From an uncultured Nitrososphaerota archaeon (lineage in GTDB: Archaea; Thermoproteota; Nitrososphaeria; Nitrososphaerales; Gagatemarchaeaceae): a stretch of DNA of 64,000 nucleotides. This document shows, one piece after another, positions 51,453 to 61,819 of this stretch. The stretch lies in contig CAVRAG010000008.1 of assembly GCA_963718895.1 (NCBI GenBank), positions 960,001 through 1,024,000 on the forward strand, in the 5' to 3' direction. Under the pieces are notes generated by a model. It saw only the letters and a program-made list of their open reading frames with translations. It had not been told where the DNA came from and searched no databases. Both the position numbers and the translations under genes were made by a program. Every line of letters starts with the position of its first letter. Position 1 is the stretch's first letter.

Positions 51453-52941
51453 CTGACCACCCCACCTGTAGGACCGCCACCTTTGTCCTTATCGAGCCGT
51501 TGGCTAGGTCGAGCCTGTACAGGAGATAGATCGTGCCGAGTACGACGAGCCCGACCGCCGATAGGTACGCCGCGAGGTTGACCAGGCCCGCCCCTGTGAT
51601 CCCGAGGGTCGCCATCTGGACGACGCTGCTGATGGAGCCGGATATCGCGAGTGAGCCCCCCACCAAGAGCAAGGTGAAGATCGCCGCAGTCCAGAGCTGG
51701 GCGGTCTTCATCGGCATAGTGGACTGGACCCCCGTCGAAAGCTTGCCCTTGAGCCTTGAGAACATTACGCGGTAGACTCCGACGAAGACGACCGCCACGA
51801 CCAGGGCCGTCCCCCCCAGCACGAGCGCGGCGGTCTCGGTCGGGATGATCTGGCCCGGGGTCACCTTTCCCCAGTAGCTGAGGACCGTGAGTTCGACGAT
51901 GAGGATCACGCCCAGCATAACGAACTTCGGGCGGTTCGCGAGCCTTCTCTCTCCTCCCCTGTCTATGAACGGGAGGACGAAGAGGGCGACGAAGAGCAGG
52001 GTGATCAGCGTGAGCGCTATCGGAAGGCCCGCTCCCTCGAAGGCCGCTATCTTCAGGACCTGGTAGGTCCAGAGGAAGTACCAGTCTGGCTGGGGCGTGG
52101 CGGCCTGAGATGCGGCCACAGAATACTCTGCGGGCAGCGTGTACGGGAAGAGGGCGGAGATCACCAGTAGGGCCGCCGAGAAGAGCGCTCCGAGCTCGAG
52201 GAGGTAGAGGGTCGCGTCTGGGAAGAACGAGATGCCCTTCTTCTGTACCTCGGGGATGTCCTTTGCGGGGGCGCCCGCTCCGTGGGCCTCGAACATGTAC
52301 ATCTTCCCGAAGAGTAGGAGCAGGAGGATCGCCGGCAGGATGATGATGTGAAGGTCATAGAACCGGACGAGTTCGGTCGTGGCATTGCCTCCGGATATCC
52401 CCAGCAGCGACTGGGCGAAGCTGCCGAGTGCGGCAGGGAGGGGAGGACCGAGGAGGCCCAGACCGACGTTCGTTGCATCGACCGACACCACCGTCCAGGG
52501 CAGGAGGTACCCCGTGAACCCGAAGCCGAGGGTGAGGAACCCCATCCCCATCCCGAAGACCCACATCAGCTCTCTCGGGCTCTTGTGGGAGGAGACGAAG
52601 TAGTTCCTCATCATGTGCATGAAGGCCAGCAGGATCATGGAGTATGCGCCGTAGAGGTGGACCGTCTCCAGGAACCTCCCATAGTTGACGCTGCTGAAGA
52701 CGTAGGAGGTCGACTGGTAGGCGACGGCCGGGTCGGGCACGTACCAAATCAGGAGTATTATCCCAGTCACGCCCTGGATTACGAAGGCGACGACCGTGAG
52801 CGCACCGATCCAGTAGAACGGGTTGATGGAATACTGGGGGACTGGACGCAGGAGGGGATAAGACAGACCAAGGCGGGAGTCCAGCCACCTCACAAACCGC
52901 ACAACGGGGCCGGCCTTTTCTTGGGAGGTCTCGACGGTCAT
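51442..52941 (-). CDS. petB: Cytochrome b of a Rieske/cytochrome b complex, with C-terminal TM extension
   Basis: Heme ligands VHLYGA, MHMMR, LHII; GYLLPW; QPDWYF. Confidence 0.92.
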   Translation of the reverse strand: MTVETSQEKAGPVVRFVRWLDSRLGLSYPLLRPVPQYSINPFYWIGALTVVAFVIQGVTGIILLIWYVPDPAVAYQSTSYVFSSVNYGRFLETVHLYGAYSMILLAFMHMMRNYFVSSHKSPRELMWVFGMGMGFLTLGFGFTGYLLPWTVVSVDATNVGLGLLGPPLPAALGSFAQSLLGISGGNATTELVRFYDLHIIILPAILLLLLFGKMYMFEAHGAGAPAKDIPEVQKKGISFFPDATLYLLELGALFSAALLVISALFPYTLPAEYSVAASQAATPQPDWYFLWTYQVLKIAAFEGAGLPIALTLITLLFVALFVLPFIDRGGERRLANRPKFVMLGVILIVELTVLSYWGKVTPGQIIPTETAALVLGGTALVVAVVFVGVYRVMFSRLKGKLSTGVQSTMPMKTAQLWTAAIFTLLLVGGSLAISGSISSVVQMATLGITGAGLVNLAAYLSAVGLVVLGTIYLLYRLDLANGSIRTKVAVLQVGWSDEE

Positions 52942-52944
52942 CTG

Positions 52945-53628
52945 CTAGGACACCGGGGTTCCGCCCTGAAGGTCGTAAGAGACGTCGTCCGACCCCGCCG
53001 GACCGTGCTGGTAGATCGTCGGCCCGGTCATGCCGGTCGCAAGGATATTGCCGGAGCCGTCGACCTCGAGGATGACCCGGGGGACGGGATACTTTGCGGG
53101 GCCGCCTATGACCTCTGCCTGGTTTGCCAAGTCGTAGATGCTGCCGTGGCAGCAACAATACATCACCGGCCCCTTGGCGCTGTACGAGGAGTTGCAGGGC
53201 GGAGACGCCCCGGCGGCGACGAATCCGGGGTTGCACCCGAGGTGCTGGCACGTGTCGCTGAAGGCGATTATGTCGCTCTCGGGTCCGACCCCATCGGCGA
53301 CCGCCACTCCGAGCTTGACGATTATGTTGGGCTCGTTGTCCAGCGGGTAGTAGAAGCTAAGTGGTGTGTTGGTCACCATGTTGCTCACGGTCGCGAGCAA
53401 CCCTGAAGCTATGTCCTTGACCTGCACCCTCGGAAACGTCGTCGCGGTGGTGGTGTTCGCTTGGGCCACCCCGGGGGTGGCAATCGTCTTCGCGAGGGCG
53501 GCCATCCCTCCGACGGCCAGCGCGGCGGACGCGACGACGGTCGCCTTGAGGAATATCCGCCGGTCCTCGTCGACATCGTGGCCCTCCTCCTTGTCGGTAT
53601 CCAATTCCTTCTTTGGACCTCCTGACAC
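52945..53628 (-). CDS. Rieske 2Fe-2S protein with Tat signal
   Basis: RRIFLK, CQHLGC, CCCHGSIYD, GPA. Confidence 0.93.
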   Translation of the reverse strand: MSGGPKKELDTDKEEGHDVDEDRRIFLKATVVASAALAVGGMAALAKTIATPGVAQANTTTATTFPRVQVKDIASGLLATVSNMVTNTPLSFYYPLDNEPNIIVKLGVAVADGVGPESDIIAFSDTCQHLGCNPGFVAAGASPPCNSSYSAKGPVMYCCCHGSIYDLANQAEVIGGPAKYPVPRVILEVDGSGNILATGMTGPTIYQHGPAGSDDVSYDLQGGTPVS

Positions 53629-53767
53629 AGGCCACCTGCGTTCTCCTCTGTAATATCCTTATCACTGGCAGGGAGCGGGACACGAAGGTCGGGGCCTCGG
53701 TCACGCCCAGTCCTCTTGGCATTTTAATGAATATTTTCTGCGTTCTTTACGACAAGCGTTAAATCTC

Positions 53768-54229
53768 TTGGGTCCGAACAGGAGGTCGCCGTATTTGAAG
53801 ACGATATTTGCGCTCGCAGCGTTGGCGCTGCTAATTTCCGCCGGGATCGGAGGCTATATTCTGGCGACCGATACAATTCTCTGGCAAGACGCCCCCACGC
53901 ATGCGGACGGGCTCATCGCGTTCGTCGTTCTGGACCTGGGGCTGATCCTCGGCCTCTGGTGGAAGCCCAGACTCGCCACAATCGGCATTACCCTGCTTGC
54001 TCTGATTCAGCTCGGCGCGATGGGTGCCGACGCCTTCATCGGTCAGTCAGTGGGGACGACAATAAGCTCGCAGTCATTCCTGCAGAAACACCTGTTGGGG
54101 GACGCAGCCTTCATGTTCCTTCTCGGCGTTCAGGCCCTACTGATAGCGATCGGTATCGCCGCCATTATCGTGGGACGTCGATCTTCGCCCGTGACCTCGC
54201 CCCTGACACTCCCGAAGCCGGGCGCCTGA
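53768..54229 (+). CDS. Four-TM membrane protein
   Basis: Hydrophobic helices; APTH motif. Confidence 0.7.
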   Translation: MGPNRRSPYLKTIFALAALALLISAGIGGYILATDTILWQDAPTHADGLIAFVVLDLGLILGLWWKPRLATIGITLLALIQLGAMGADAFIGQSVGTTISSQSFLQKHLLGDAAFMFLLGVQALLIAIGIAAIIVGRRSSPVTSPLTLPKPGA

Positions 54230-54384
54230 TTCCGCGGTCCGGCAGACACGGCTCCGCACGATTGCACCAGCACTCAACCTAGCGCGCCCGCCGGTCAGTC
54301 GTGTCCAGCGGGGGGCCCGGCCGGCAGCAGACGGCCCAACCCAGAGTATCCTTAAATTTCGACCGGATTCGCGGGGGTCACCCC

Positions 54385-55224
54385 ATGGAAGTGAAGATCG
54401 GGCTCGTCCAGATGAAGATGGCAGAGGATCGCCAGAAGAACCTCAGCAGCGCCGTCCGCATGGTCGGCGCGGCCGCCCGCGAGGGAGCGCAGATAGTCTG
54501 CCTCCCCGAGCTCTTCGACGTACCGTACTTTCCTCAGGAAGAGAGGTCTGAGATAGAGCCCGAGAAGATTCCCAACGACGCGACCGAGGCGCTCTCGCAG
54601 GCGGCCAGGACGAACGGGGTCGTGCTGGTCGGAGGGTCGCTCTACGAGAAGTCGAGGGGGAAGACCTACAACACCGCTACGGTCTACGACGAGCGCGGCA
54701 GACTGTTGGGGTCCTATCGCAAGGTGCACATCCCGCAGGATCCGGGTTTCTACGAGCAGGACTACTTCGCGCCAGGGGAGGTCTACCAGGTCTTCGAGAC
54801 CAAGTTCGGGAAGGTCGGCGTCCTCATATGTTTCGACCAGTGGTATCCCGAGGCGGCCAGGGCAAACAAGCTTCTCGGGGCGGACTTCCTCTTCTACCCT
54901 ACGGCCATAGGAACGGTGAAGGGCATCGACCAGGCCGAGGGCGACTGGCAGGAGGCTTGGGAGACAGTGCAGCGGGGACACGCAATCGCCAACAGCATCG
55001 TGGTGGCGGCCGTCAACAGGGTGGGAGTCGAGAAGGACACGACGTTCTGGGGTGGGTCTTTCGTCAGCGACCAGTTCGGGAAGCTGCTTGTGCGGGGCGG
55101 AGATGCGGAGCAGGTGCTCGTCGCCGCCTGCGACGTAGGACTGGGACGGGACATCGAACGCGGCTGGGGCTTCCTCAGGAACAGAAAGCCGGCCACCTAC
55201 ATGGGGCTGGTTGGCTCGCCATGA
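54385..55224 (+). CDS. aguB: N-carbamoylputrescine amidase
   Basis: LPELF, YRKVHIP, ICFDQWYPEAAR, YPTAIG; adjacent to aguA. Confidence 0.9.
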   Translation: MEVKIGLVQMKMAEDRQKNLSSAVRMVGAAAREGAQIVCLPELFDVPYFPQEERSEIEPEKIPNDATEALSQAARTNGVVLVGGSLYEKSRGKTYNTATVYDERGRLLGSYRKVHIPQDPGFYEQDYFAPGEVYQVFETKFGKVGVLICFDQWYPEAARANKLLGADFLFYPTAIGTVKGIDQAEGDWQEAWETVQRGHAIANSIVVAAVNRVGVEKDTTFWGGSFVSDQFGKLLVRGGDAEQVLVAACDVGLGRDIERGWGFLRNRKPATYMGLVGSP

Positions 55225-56261
55225 GCGGGATCGTGACGCCTCTGTCCCAGAGGTATTCCATGCCGGCGGAGTGGGGAAGACACGACGCAACTTGGCTCGC
55301 CTGGCCGAAGGACCCTCTCACGTTCCCGGAGGAGGTCCTAGGGAAGGTCGAGGAGACCTACACGAAGATGGTGGCCGCGCTCACGCTGGGGGAGCGGGTG
55401 AACCTCCTGGTCGACGACGAAGTGATGGAACAGAGGGTCTCCGGAATCCTCGGCGAGAACGAGCGGGTCTGCTACCACAGGATAAGGACGGCCGACGTCT
55501 GGATGAGGGATTACGGCCCCATCTTCGTCAGAAAGGAGGACGGAAAGCTGGCCGCGACCAAATGGACATTCAACGCCTGGGGGAACAAGTACGACGAGCT
55601 GCTGGCCGACAACCGCGCCGGGATGGATGTGGCGAGGGCCTCCGGGGTAGAGGTCCTGGAACCGGGGGTGGTGCTGGAGGGCGGATCGATCGACGCCAAC
55701 GGGCGCGGGAGCTGCCTGACGACGGAGCAGTGTCTGCTCAACAGGAACCGCAACCCCCAGCTAACTAGAGAACAGATCCAGGGCTACCTGCAACGGTACC
55801 TCGGGTTCACCAACTTCCTCTGGCTCAGGGAGGGCATAGTGGGCGACGACACGGACGGCCACGTCGACGACATCGCCAGGTTCGTCGACGAGAGGAGGGT
55901 GGTCTGCATGGTGGAAGAAGACCCCCTCGACGGGAACTACGAGGCGCTGAGGCAGAACCTCGCCTTGCTGAGGACCGCGAAGGACGAGCGGGGAAGGGAC
56001 CTTGAGGTAGTGCCGGTCTCGATGCCCCGGAAGAGGGTGGGAGGAGACGAGAGGCTACCCGCAAGCTATGCCAACTTCTACATCGGCAACTCTGTCGTCC
56101 TAGTCCCCACGTTCGACGACGCGAACGACGGTCCGGCTCTCGAGAAGCTAGCGGAGGCCTTCCCGGGAAGAAAGGTCGTTGGAATAGACTGTGAAGCGCT
56201 CGTGTACGGCTTCGGCGGGATACACTGCGTAACCCAGCAGCAGCCGGGCGCGACGGTCTGA
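55221..56261 (+). CDS. aguA: Agmatine deiminase
   Basis: MPAEW, WMRDYGP, EGGSID, DDTDGHVD, GGIHCVTQQ. Confidence 0.95.
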   Translation: MSGIVTPLSQRYSMPAEWGRHDATWLAWPKDPLTFPEEVLGKVEETYTKMVAALTLGERVNLLVDDEVMEQRVSGILGENERVCYHRIRTADVWMRDYGPIFVRKEDGKLAATKWTFNAWGNKYDELLADNRAGMDVARASGVEVLEPGVVLEGGSIDANGRGSCLTTEQCLLNRNRNPQLTREQIQGYLQRYLGFTNFLWLREGIVGDDTDGHVDDIARFVDERRVVCMVEEDPLDGNYEALRQNLALLRTAKDERGRDLEVVPVSMPRKRVGGDERLPASYANFYIGNSVVLVPTFDDANDGPALEKLAEAFPGRKVVGIDCEALVYGFGGIHCVTQQQPGATV

Positions 56262-56351
56262 GAGCAGGCCCACACCCACCGATTCCGAGTCTCATGCCCA
56301 TCGAGACTACCCAAAGATTATAATCTTCCACGGCCTCCTGGAGGCGACTAG

Positions 56352-57068
56352 ATGACCTCTCAGAAGAAGATCGTTGTGTCGAAGGACGGGCCATATCTCG
56401 TCTCGGGAGACGTTCCAATAAGCATGCAGATCATAACCCCGAACGAAGACGGTCTTTCCTGGGAATGGAAGGAGGCAAAGGCGTTCAGGACGGGAAGGAG
56501 CTATTCGCTCTGTCGTTGCGGGCACTCAAAGAACAAGCCGTTCTGTGATGACACCCACAAAAAGATCCGCTTCGACGGTACGGAGACCGCGACGCGCCAG
56601 CCTTTCGCACGGCAGGCGGAGGTCTTCGACGGTCCAGTCCTCACCCTCGAGGATGCCGAGGAGCTCTGCGCCTTCGCACGCTTCTGCGACCCCGGCGGCA
56701 AGATCTGGAGCCTGATTGGCGAGTCGGACGATCCCGAAGCGCGCAAGCTCGCGATCAGGGAGGCGGCCCACTGTCCCTCCGGAAGGCTGGTGGTCCACAA
56801 CAAGAAGACGAGGGAGGAGATCGAACCGAAGCTTCCAGAATCCATCGGCGTCGTGGAGGACCCGGCCCTCGGGTGCAGCGGACCGCTATGGGTCCGCGGC
56901 GGGATAACGATCGAGTCGGAGAACGGGGTGCCTTTCGAGAAGAGGAACCGTGTGGCGCTCTGCAGATGCGGCGCGTCCGTCAACAAGCCGTTCTGCAACG
57001 GAAGCCACGCGAGCATCAAGTTCAGAGACGGGCTCGTCGAGTTCGTAAGGCTGAAGCAAGACGAGTAG
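56352..57068 (+). CDS. CDGSH iron-sulfur domain protein
   Basis: Two CRCG.S.NKPFCxxxH motifs with a central Cys cluster. Confidence 0.9.
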   Translation: MTSQKKIVVSKDGPYLVSGDVPISMQIITPNEDGLSWEWKEAKAFRTGRSYSLCRCGHSKNKPFCDDTHKKIRFDGTETATRQPFARQAEVFDGPVLTLEDAEELCAFARFCDPGGKIWSLIGESDDPEARKLAIREAAHCPSGRLVVHNKKTREEIEPKLPESIGVVEDPALGCSGPLWVRGGITIESENGVPFEKRNRVALCRCGASVNKPFCNGSHASIKFRDGLVEFVRLKQDE

Positions 57069-57246
57069 AACTAGTCCGGATGGCCGCGCAATCTGCACTT
57101 GGAGCGCGGACCCTGGTGGTGAATTGTTCCTGAAGCTCCTGGCATACTCCAGGCTCTGAAGTGGGTCAGCTCAATCGTCTGGTCAATGCGGACTTGTGGA
57201 GGTTCCGAGGAGTGCGCTTGGGCCTGAGGCGGCCTGGCGGCTCGCT

Positions 57247-57417
57247 CTATCTCTTGCCCTCTGCCTGCTTCAGCTCCTTCATCCTCAAGATGTACATCCG
57301 GATCGCTTCGTCGACGATCTCGGCCCTGCTTCTATATCCCCATGCCTCGCTGAAGCCGTCGAGGGTCTTTGCGAGCTCCTCTGGAATCTTCACCGTAGCG
57401 TATCGACCCCTAGGCAT
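57247..57417 (-). CDS. 56-aa CopG/RHH regulator (not in ORF track)
   Basis: MPRGRYATVKIPEELAKTLDGFSEAWGYRSRAEIVDEAIR...; TATA-like sequence upstream. Confidence 0.8.
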   Translation of the reverse strand: MPRGRYATVKIPEELAKTLDGFSEAWGYRSRAEIVDEAIRMYILRMKELKQAEGKR

Positions 57418-57589
57418 GTTTCCACCTTAAAGGATGTGGCGGGGCCTGGGTCCTCGCCCCTTGAACCGATGCGACCGAGAGCAAGATGACGAGCACGCAA
57501 TCGGGACGCCGGCAGAGCTCCTACTGCGCGCTGTCATCAGCTTCTCCTTCACGTCGAGCTCGGCGGCTAGACAAACGCTCATTGCCGGT

Positions 57590-59332
57590 CTACGACGTCC
57601 ACGGGTTTTCGGTCGCCGCGTTGTGACCGGAGATCTGCCCGAACACGATTAGTTCGCCGTTGTGTGAGACGGTGTCGAGGACCGAGCCCCTGATGGAGCC
57701 GAGCTCTCCCGCGCTGTAGAGTCTCGGAATCGGCTCGTAATCCGGGCCGCAGACCTGCCCCTGCCCATTTCGGATGGGACCCGCGAATGCTGCCTCGCCT
57801 CCTGGCCACAGGGCCATGGCGTAGAACGGCGGCGTCACTATCGGGATTAGCGAGGATGCAGTCCTCCCGAACTGGGGATCGAGCTTCGCCGCGCAGTAGC
57901 CGTTGTAGGTGTTGATGGTGTTCGCTAGGTTGGTTGCGCTCATCGTGACTGTAATCTCCGCTGGAAGGGCCGCGTTGTTTGTCCCGGGCGCTAAGCTGAC
58001 GAACGTGGTGCTGTTTATCGCCGCGGCCAGGGTGGGGATGTCCTGACCCTTGAGAATCCAACCCTTGCTTATCTCCACGCTGTTGTCGCTGCTCCATGTC
58101 GGCCGTGCATCGAGGTAGGCTGGAAGGCTCCCGCTGGACCCGCTGGAGATGGCGCCGGCCTTCCTGCACGTCTCATCGAATATGATGAAGGAGGGAATGC
58201 GGGTGTACTCGGGAACGGAGAGGTTGAAGTCGGAGAGGTTCAGGTAGGTGTTGGTTCGGTTGATGTTCGGTTCGTTCATGAACCTGTTCCCGTACTTGTC
58301 GACATAGATCCACCCGTGCTGGGCCGGGGCGCTCATGCCGAATGATTGGGCATAGGCCGGGAACCACGGCACCATAGTTGCCGCGACGCAGTCGTTATGC
58401 CATATCCCGGCTCCGACGCTCTCAGCCATGACCAGCCCGTCTCCGGTGGAGAAAGCCCAGCCCTGGAAGTGCGCGGGATAGGATCTGAAGTAGTTCAGCT
58501 TGAGCTGCTCGTTGAACTCTATGCTACCGGTGCAGAGCACCACAGCCCGATTGGCTCTGATGTTCAGCATCTCGCTCCCGTAGGCGAGGGCCTGGACGCC
58601 GACCACCTCCCTTGTCGATGGATTCTGAATCAGGCTTGTTGCCGGGGTGTTGAACAGGACCGGGATGTTTCTGCTCGTCACCGCCGCGTCAAGGGCCGTG
58701 AAGAAGGCGAAGCCGCCGCCGGCTATGGACCCGCTATTGATTGTTGACGCGCCTGCGACCGCAGGAAAACCCGCACCCCCTGAGCTGGTAGTGAATTTTA
58801 TCCCCATTTGGGTGAGCCAAGCTGGAATTTGGCTGGCGACACTCGCCCACGCCTGACACGTGGTCATCGGGGTCGCTCCCCACGAAGTCTGGTAGAGGTA
58901 TGTCGCACCCAAGGTTGGGTCAACCGGATAGTCAAGGTGTCCGCCATTCATGGACGTGCTGCCACCTCCGCCTGAGATTGCGGGGTTCTGCACCCCCAGA
59001 GAGGCGTAGCTTGGCGTCTTCTCCAGGATGAGGACGTTGGCGCCCAAATCAAAGGCGGTGATGGCCGCTACCGCTCCAGCCCCGCCGTACCCGACGACGA
59101 TTACGTCGGCCGTCTGGGACCATTTGGACGGCAACTGAATCGGCTGCGCGTCCGATCTCCTCCCTAACATCGCGCTTGCGCCCGCCGAGGCCGGCGCACC
59201 CGGGGCATTCGGCGCGAAGCCCTTCGCTCCTGCCACAGCACTCAGCACTGCGGCGCTTGCGGCACCCGCTGCGACTGTTCCGACGAACTGTCGTCTCGAA
59301 AGCTTCTTGCTAGTGATCGACTCTTCGGTCAT
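57590..59332 (-). CDS. Tat-exported FAD-dependent oxidoreductase (flavocytochrome c/KstD superfamily)
   Basis: LSRRQFV, VVGYGGAG, TGDG, GNRFMNE, PPFYA, RLYSAGE. Confidence 0.9.
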   Translation of the reverse strand: MTEESITSKKLSRRQFVGTVAAGAASAAVLSAVAGAKGFAPNAPGAPASAGASAMLGRRSDAQPIQLPSKWSQTADVIVVGYGGAGAVAAITAFDLGANVLILEKTPSYASLGVQNPAISGGGGSTSMNGGHLDYPVDPTLGATYLYQTSWGATPMTTCQAWASVASQIPAWLTQMGIKFTTSSGGAGFPAVAGASTINSGSIAGGGFAFFTALDAAVTSRNIPVLFNTPATSLIQNPSTREVVGVQALAYGSEMLNIRANRAVVLCTGSIEFNEQLKLNYFRSYPAHFQGWAFSTGDGLVMAESVGAGIWHNDCVAATMVPWFPAYAQSFGMSAPAQHGWIYVDKYGNRFMNEPNINRTNTYLNLSDFNLSVPEYTRIPSFIIFDETCRKAGAISSGSSGSLPAYLDARPTWSSDNSVEISKGWILKGQDIPTLAAAINSTTFVSLAPGTNNAALPAEITVTMSATNLANTINTYNGYCAAKLDPQFGRTASSLIPIVTPPFYAMALWPGGEAAFAGPIRNGQGQVCGPDYEPIPRLYSAGELGSIRGSVLDTVSHNGELIVFGQISGHNAATENPWTS

Positions 59333-59415
59333 GTCTGTGATTCCTGTGAGCCATCCGTGAGTCACAGAATATTAATGCATCCGTGCATTTGCTCGCAATT
59401 GCGAACAGGCACCTA

Positions 59416-59438
59416 TGAGTAGATTCGAAATCTACTCA
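59416..59438. promoter_or_regulatory. Perfect 10-bp inverted repeat (operator or terminator)
   Basis: tgagtagatt-cga-aatctactca between the ABC permease and the flavoprotein gene. Confidence 0.45.
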
Positions 59439-59486
59439 GACTCGGGTCACCACGCGAGGACGAGATGGTGTTGCGATTGGGCGCCC

Positions 59487-60209
59487 TCAGGGAAGCAGTT
59501 TCTCCCTGCTGATCAGCCGGCTCGAAGAGAAGTACATCAGGACTGAGAGGGCGGCAACTATTCCGGCTAGGAGCAGATCGATCTCCAGAGCGACCGAAGG
59601 TGCGACGACAGAGACCAGATAGGCCGGCATGACGATCAAGACGCCAACCGCCATCCCGAGAGGCTGGTTCGAGCCCACCCTCTGCTTCTGGAGGGAACTG
59701 AACGACATCATGATCAGCGTGCCAAACGCAACCGCCGGGAGAGCCAGTGCCAGGACCAGCCCGGAGACCTCCACCAGAATCGGCCATCCCAGGCCCTCTG
59801 CCAGACCCGCAGCCGTACCCACGACGACCTCGAAGCCCACTAGGCCTGAGGCGAGAATCAGCGCTGCCTTTAGGTACTGACGATAGATTTCCCCCTGGTC
59901 CATCCCCAGAGACAGGAAGTATTCGAGGACTCCGTTGTTCTTGTCGTAGACGTAGAGCAGGAGGACTGGGGTCGAGAAGAGAATCGCCGAAAGGACCTGT
60001 AGTGCGACCGAGAGCAGGGGGAGGGTCGTAGAGAGGTCAAGGCTGCCCGTCGCGTTGGCGGGGATTCCAGAGGTCGAGACATTGCCGACTATCCCGGACA
60101 GCCCGGTCAGAAGCGCGCTGACCAGTGCCATGCCTATGCCCAGTATGGGGTAGGTCTTGGAGAGGGAGACGCTCCTCTTCGCGATTGTCGTGCCTTGACC
60201 GGTCGTCAA
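59487..60209 (-). CDS. ABC-2-like permease
   Basis: YDKNNGVLEYFLSLG; multiple TMs; coupled to the ATPase gene. Confidence 0.8.
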   Translation of the reverse strand: MTTGQGTTIAKRSVSLSKTYPILGIGMALVSALLTGLSGIVGNVSTSGIPANATGSLDLSTTLPLLSVALQVLSAILFSTPVLLLYVYDKNNGVLEYFLSLGMDQGEIYRQYLKAALILASGLVGFEVVVGTAAGLAEGLGWPILVEVSGLVLALALPAVAFGTLIMMSFSSLQKQRVGSNQPLGMAVGVLIVMPAYLVSVVAPSVALEIDLLLAGIVAALSVLMYFSSSRLISREKLLP

Positions 60210-61102
60210 TTCTGGTTCTCGGCGCTCCCTTCCTTCCTTGTGGCGAAGCCTCGTGGGTGGTTATCCTCGAAGAGGTCCTGGAGCGGGTTGTCCAGCTCAC
60301 GCATCTCCGTCACGAGCACTCCGTTCTCGACGAGCTTCCTCAGGACGACACCCGCATCCTCCGGCGTCGGGACGCTAAGGACATAGTAGCCGCCTTCGAG
60401 TCTGGCGTCGACCATACCGGAGATATCCGTCGTCGTCCTGATCCCGACCCTGTACTCCTTCGATCTAATGTTGGATATCTTGTCGAAGTAGCCTATCGTC
60501 CCGTCACGCACGAGGATCAGGTTCGTCCCGACGTCCTTGGCTTCGTAGAGGTTGTGCGAGGAATAGAGGACAATCCTGTCCTTCGAGAGTCTCAGGAGGA
60601 TGTCCCTTATCTCCTTCGAGACCGCGGGGTCGAGGCTCGATGTGGGTTCGTCGAGCAGGTACAGGTCCCTTTCTCGCAAGAAGACCTTGGCGATCGATAC
60701 CCTCTTCTTCTGTCCCTGGGACAGGTCTGAGACCTTCTTGTCCTTGAGCTCCTCGAGGTTCAGGAGGGAGATGACCTCGTCAGGGCTCCCGCCTTCAATC
60801 CTCGCGTAGAACTCGAGGGCACCGCGGACCGTCATCTCCTCAGGTATGGCGTTGTAGTGCGAGAGGTAGTTGATCCTCCTCCTCGCCTCCTTCGACCTCG
60901 TCAGGTCTTCGCCGTCGAACAGCACCTCTCCGGAGTAGGGCTCTAGTATTCCTGCAATCGTCCTGAACAGTGTGGTCTTTCCTGCGCCGTTTGGACCCAA
61001 GACGACGTAGATCGCGGACTCTTGGGCTTTGAAGGAGATGTCGTGGAGGACCGTCTTCCCCTCGTACCCCGAGCTCACTCCTGCGAGTTCCAGCGTGGGC
61101 AA
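60206..61102 (-). CDS. ABC exporter ATP-binding protein
   Basis: GPNGAGKT, LSQGQ, DEPT. Confidence 0.93.
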   Translation of the reverse strand: MPTLELAGVSSGYEGKTVLHDISFKAQESAIYVVLGPNGAGKTTLFRTIAGILEPYSGEVLFDGEDLTRSKEARRRINYLSHYNAIPEEMTVRGALEFYARIEGGSPDEVISLLNLEELKDKKVSDLSQGQKKRVSIAKVFLRERDLYLLDEPTSSLDPAVSKEIRDILLRLSKDRIVLYSSHNLYEAKDVGTNLILVRDGTIGYFDKISNIRSKEYRVGIRTTTDISGMVDARLEGGYYVLSVPTPEDAGVVLRKLVENGVLVTEMRELDNPLQDLFEDNHPRGFATRKEGSAENQN

Positions 61103-61267
61103 CTCTGGGCATCACTTCGACGGGACCAGTTCGGTGCCCGGGTCAATCCCCTGCGGTGCGGCCTGTCGGCCGCATGGTGGGTCTCGGAGTTGCATTCTTC
61201 GATTACCTCGTCCGATTCTCGGGCTTTCGGAAGCCCTATTTATTCAGGGAGAACACGCTTTCATCCG

Positions 61268-61819
61268 ATGAAGACCGTCATCATTATGGACGACAGGGCG
61301 TCTGAGCTGCTCCTTGACGGCCTCAACCAGAGAGTGGTGAGGGAACTCGTGTTCTCCGAGTACGGGATCGCGGAACTATCGAGGAAGCTGAACGTCCCTC
61401 CGCTGAAGATCTGGAGGAGAATCCAGAAACTCGTCGACGCGAAGGTTGTCGAGGTCGCGCGGGTCGACACGATACGCAACCTCGAGAAGAAGATCTATCG
61501 GGCGACCGCCACCAACTTCGTCGCCCGACAGTTCCTCGACCTGAAACCAAAAGACAGGGCGCTGGGGAACGCGTTCAGGACCTACCTCGAGATCCAAGGC
61601 CAGCTCATGCGCAGGGTGTCATCGCTTGCGGACATTCCGAAGGGGGTGGACCCCATCGACTTCACCATCTACGCCGCGGTGAAGTCGTACTGTCAGGTCT
61701 TCCTTGATCCCAAACTGGAGGAGAAGCTCAGGCGGCTGGAGCGTGACATCGCCGAATTTGAGCAGGCCCAAAAGTTTCAGCCGGCATCGAAGGAATCTGT
61801 TGCGAATCAGGACTCCTGA
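61268..61819 (+). CDS. ArsR-like wHTH regulator
   Basis: IAELSRKLNV..KIWRRIQKL...EKKIYRATA. Confidence 0.8.
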   Translation: MKTVIIMDDRASELLLDGLNQRVVRELVFSEYGIAELSRKLNVPPLKIWRRIQKLVDAKVVEVARVDTIRNLEKKIYRATATNFVARQFLDLKPKDRALGNAFRTYLEIQGQLMRRVSSLADIPKGVDPIDFTIYAAVKSYCQVFLDPKLEEKLRRLERDIAEFEQAQKFQPASKESVANQDS

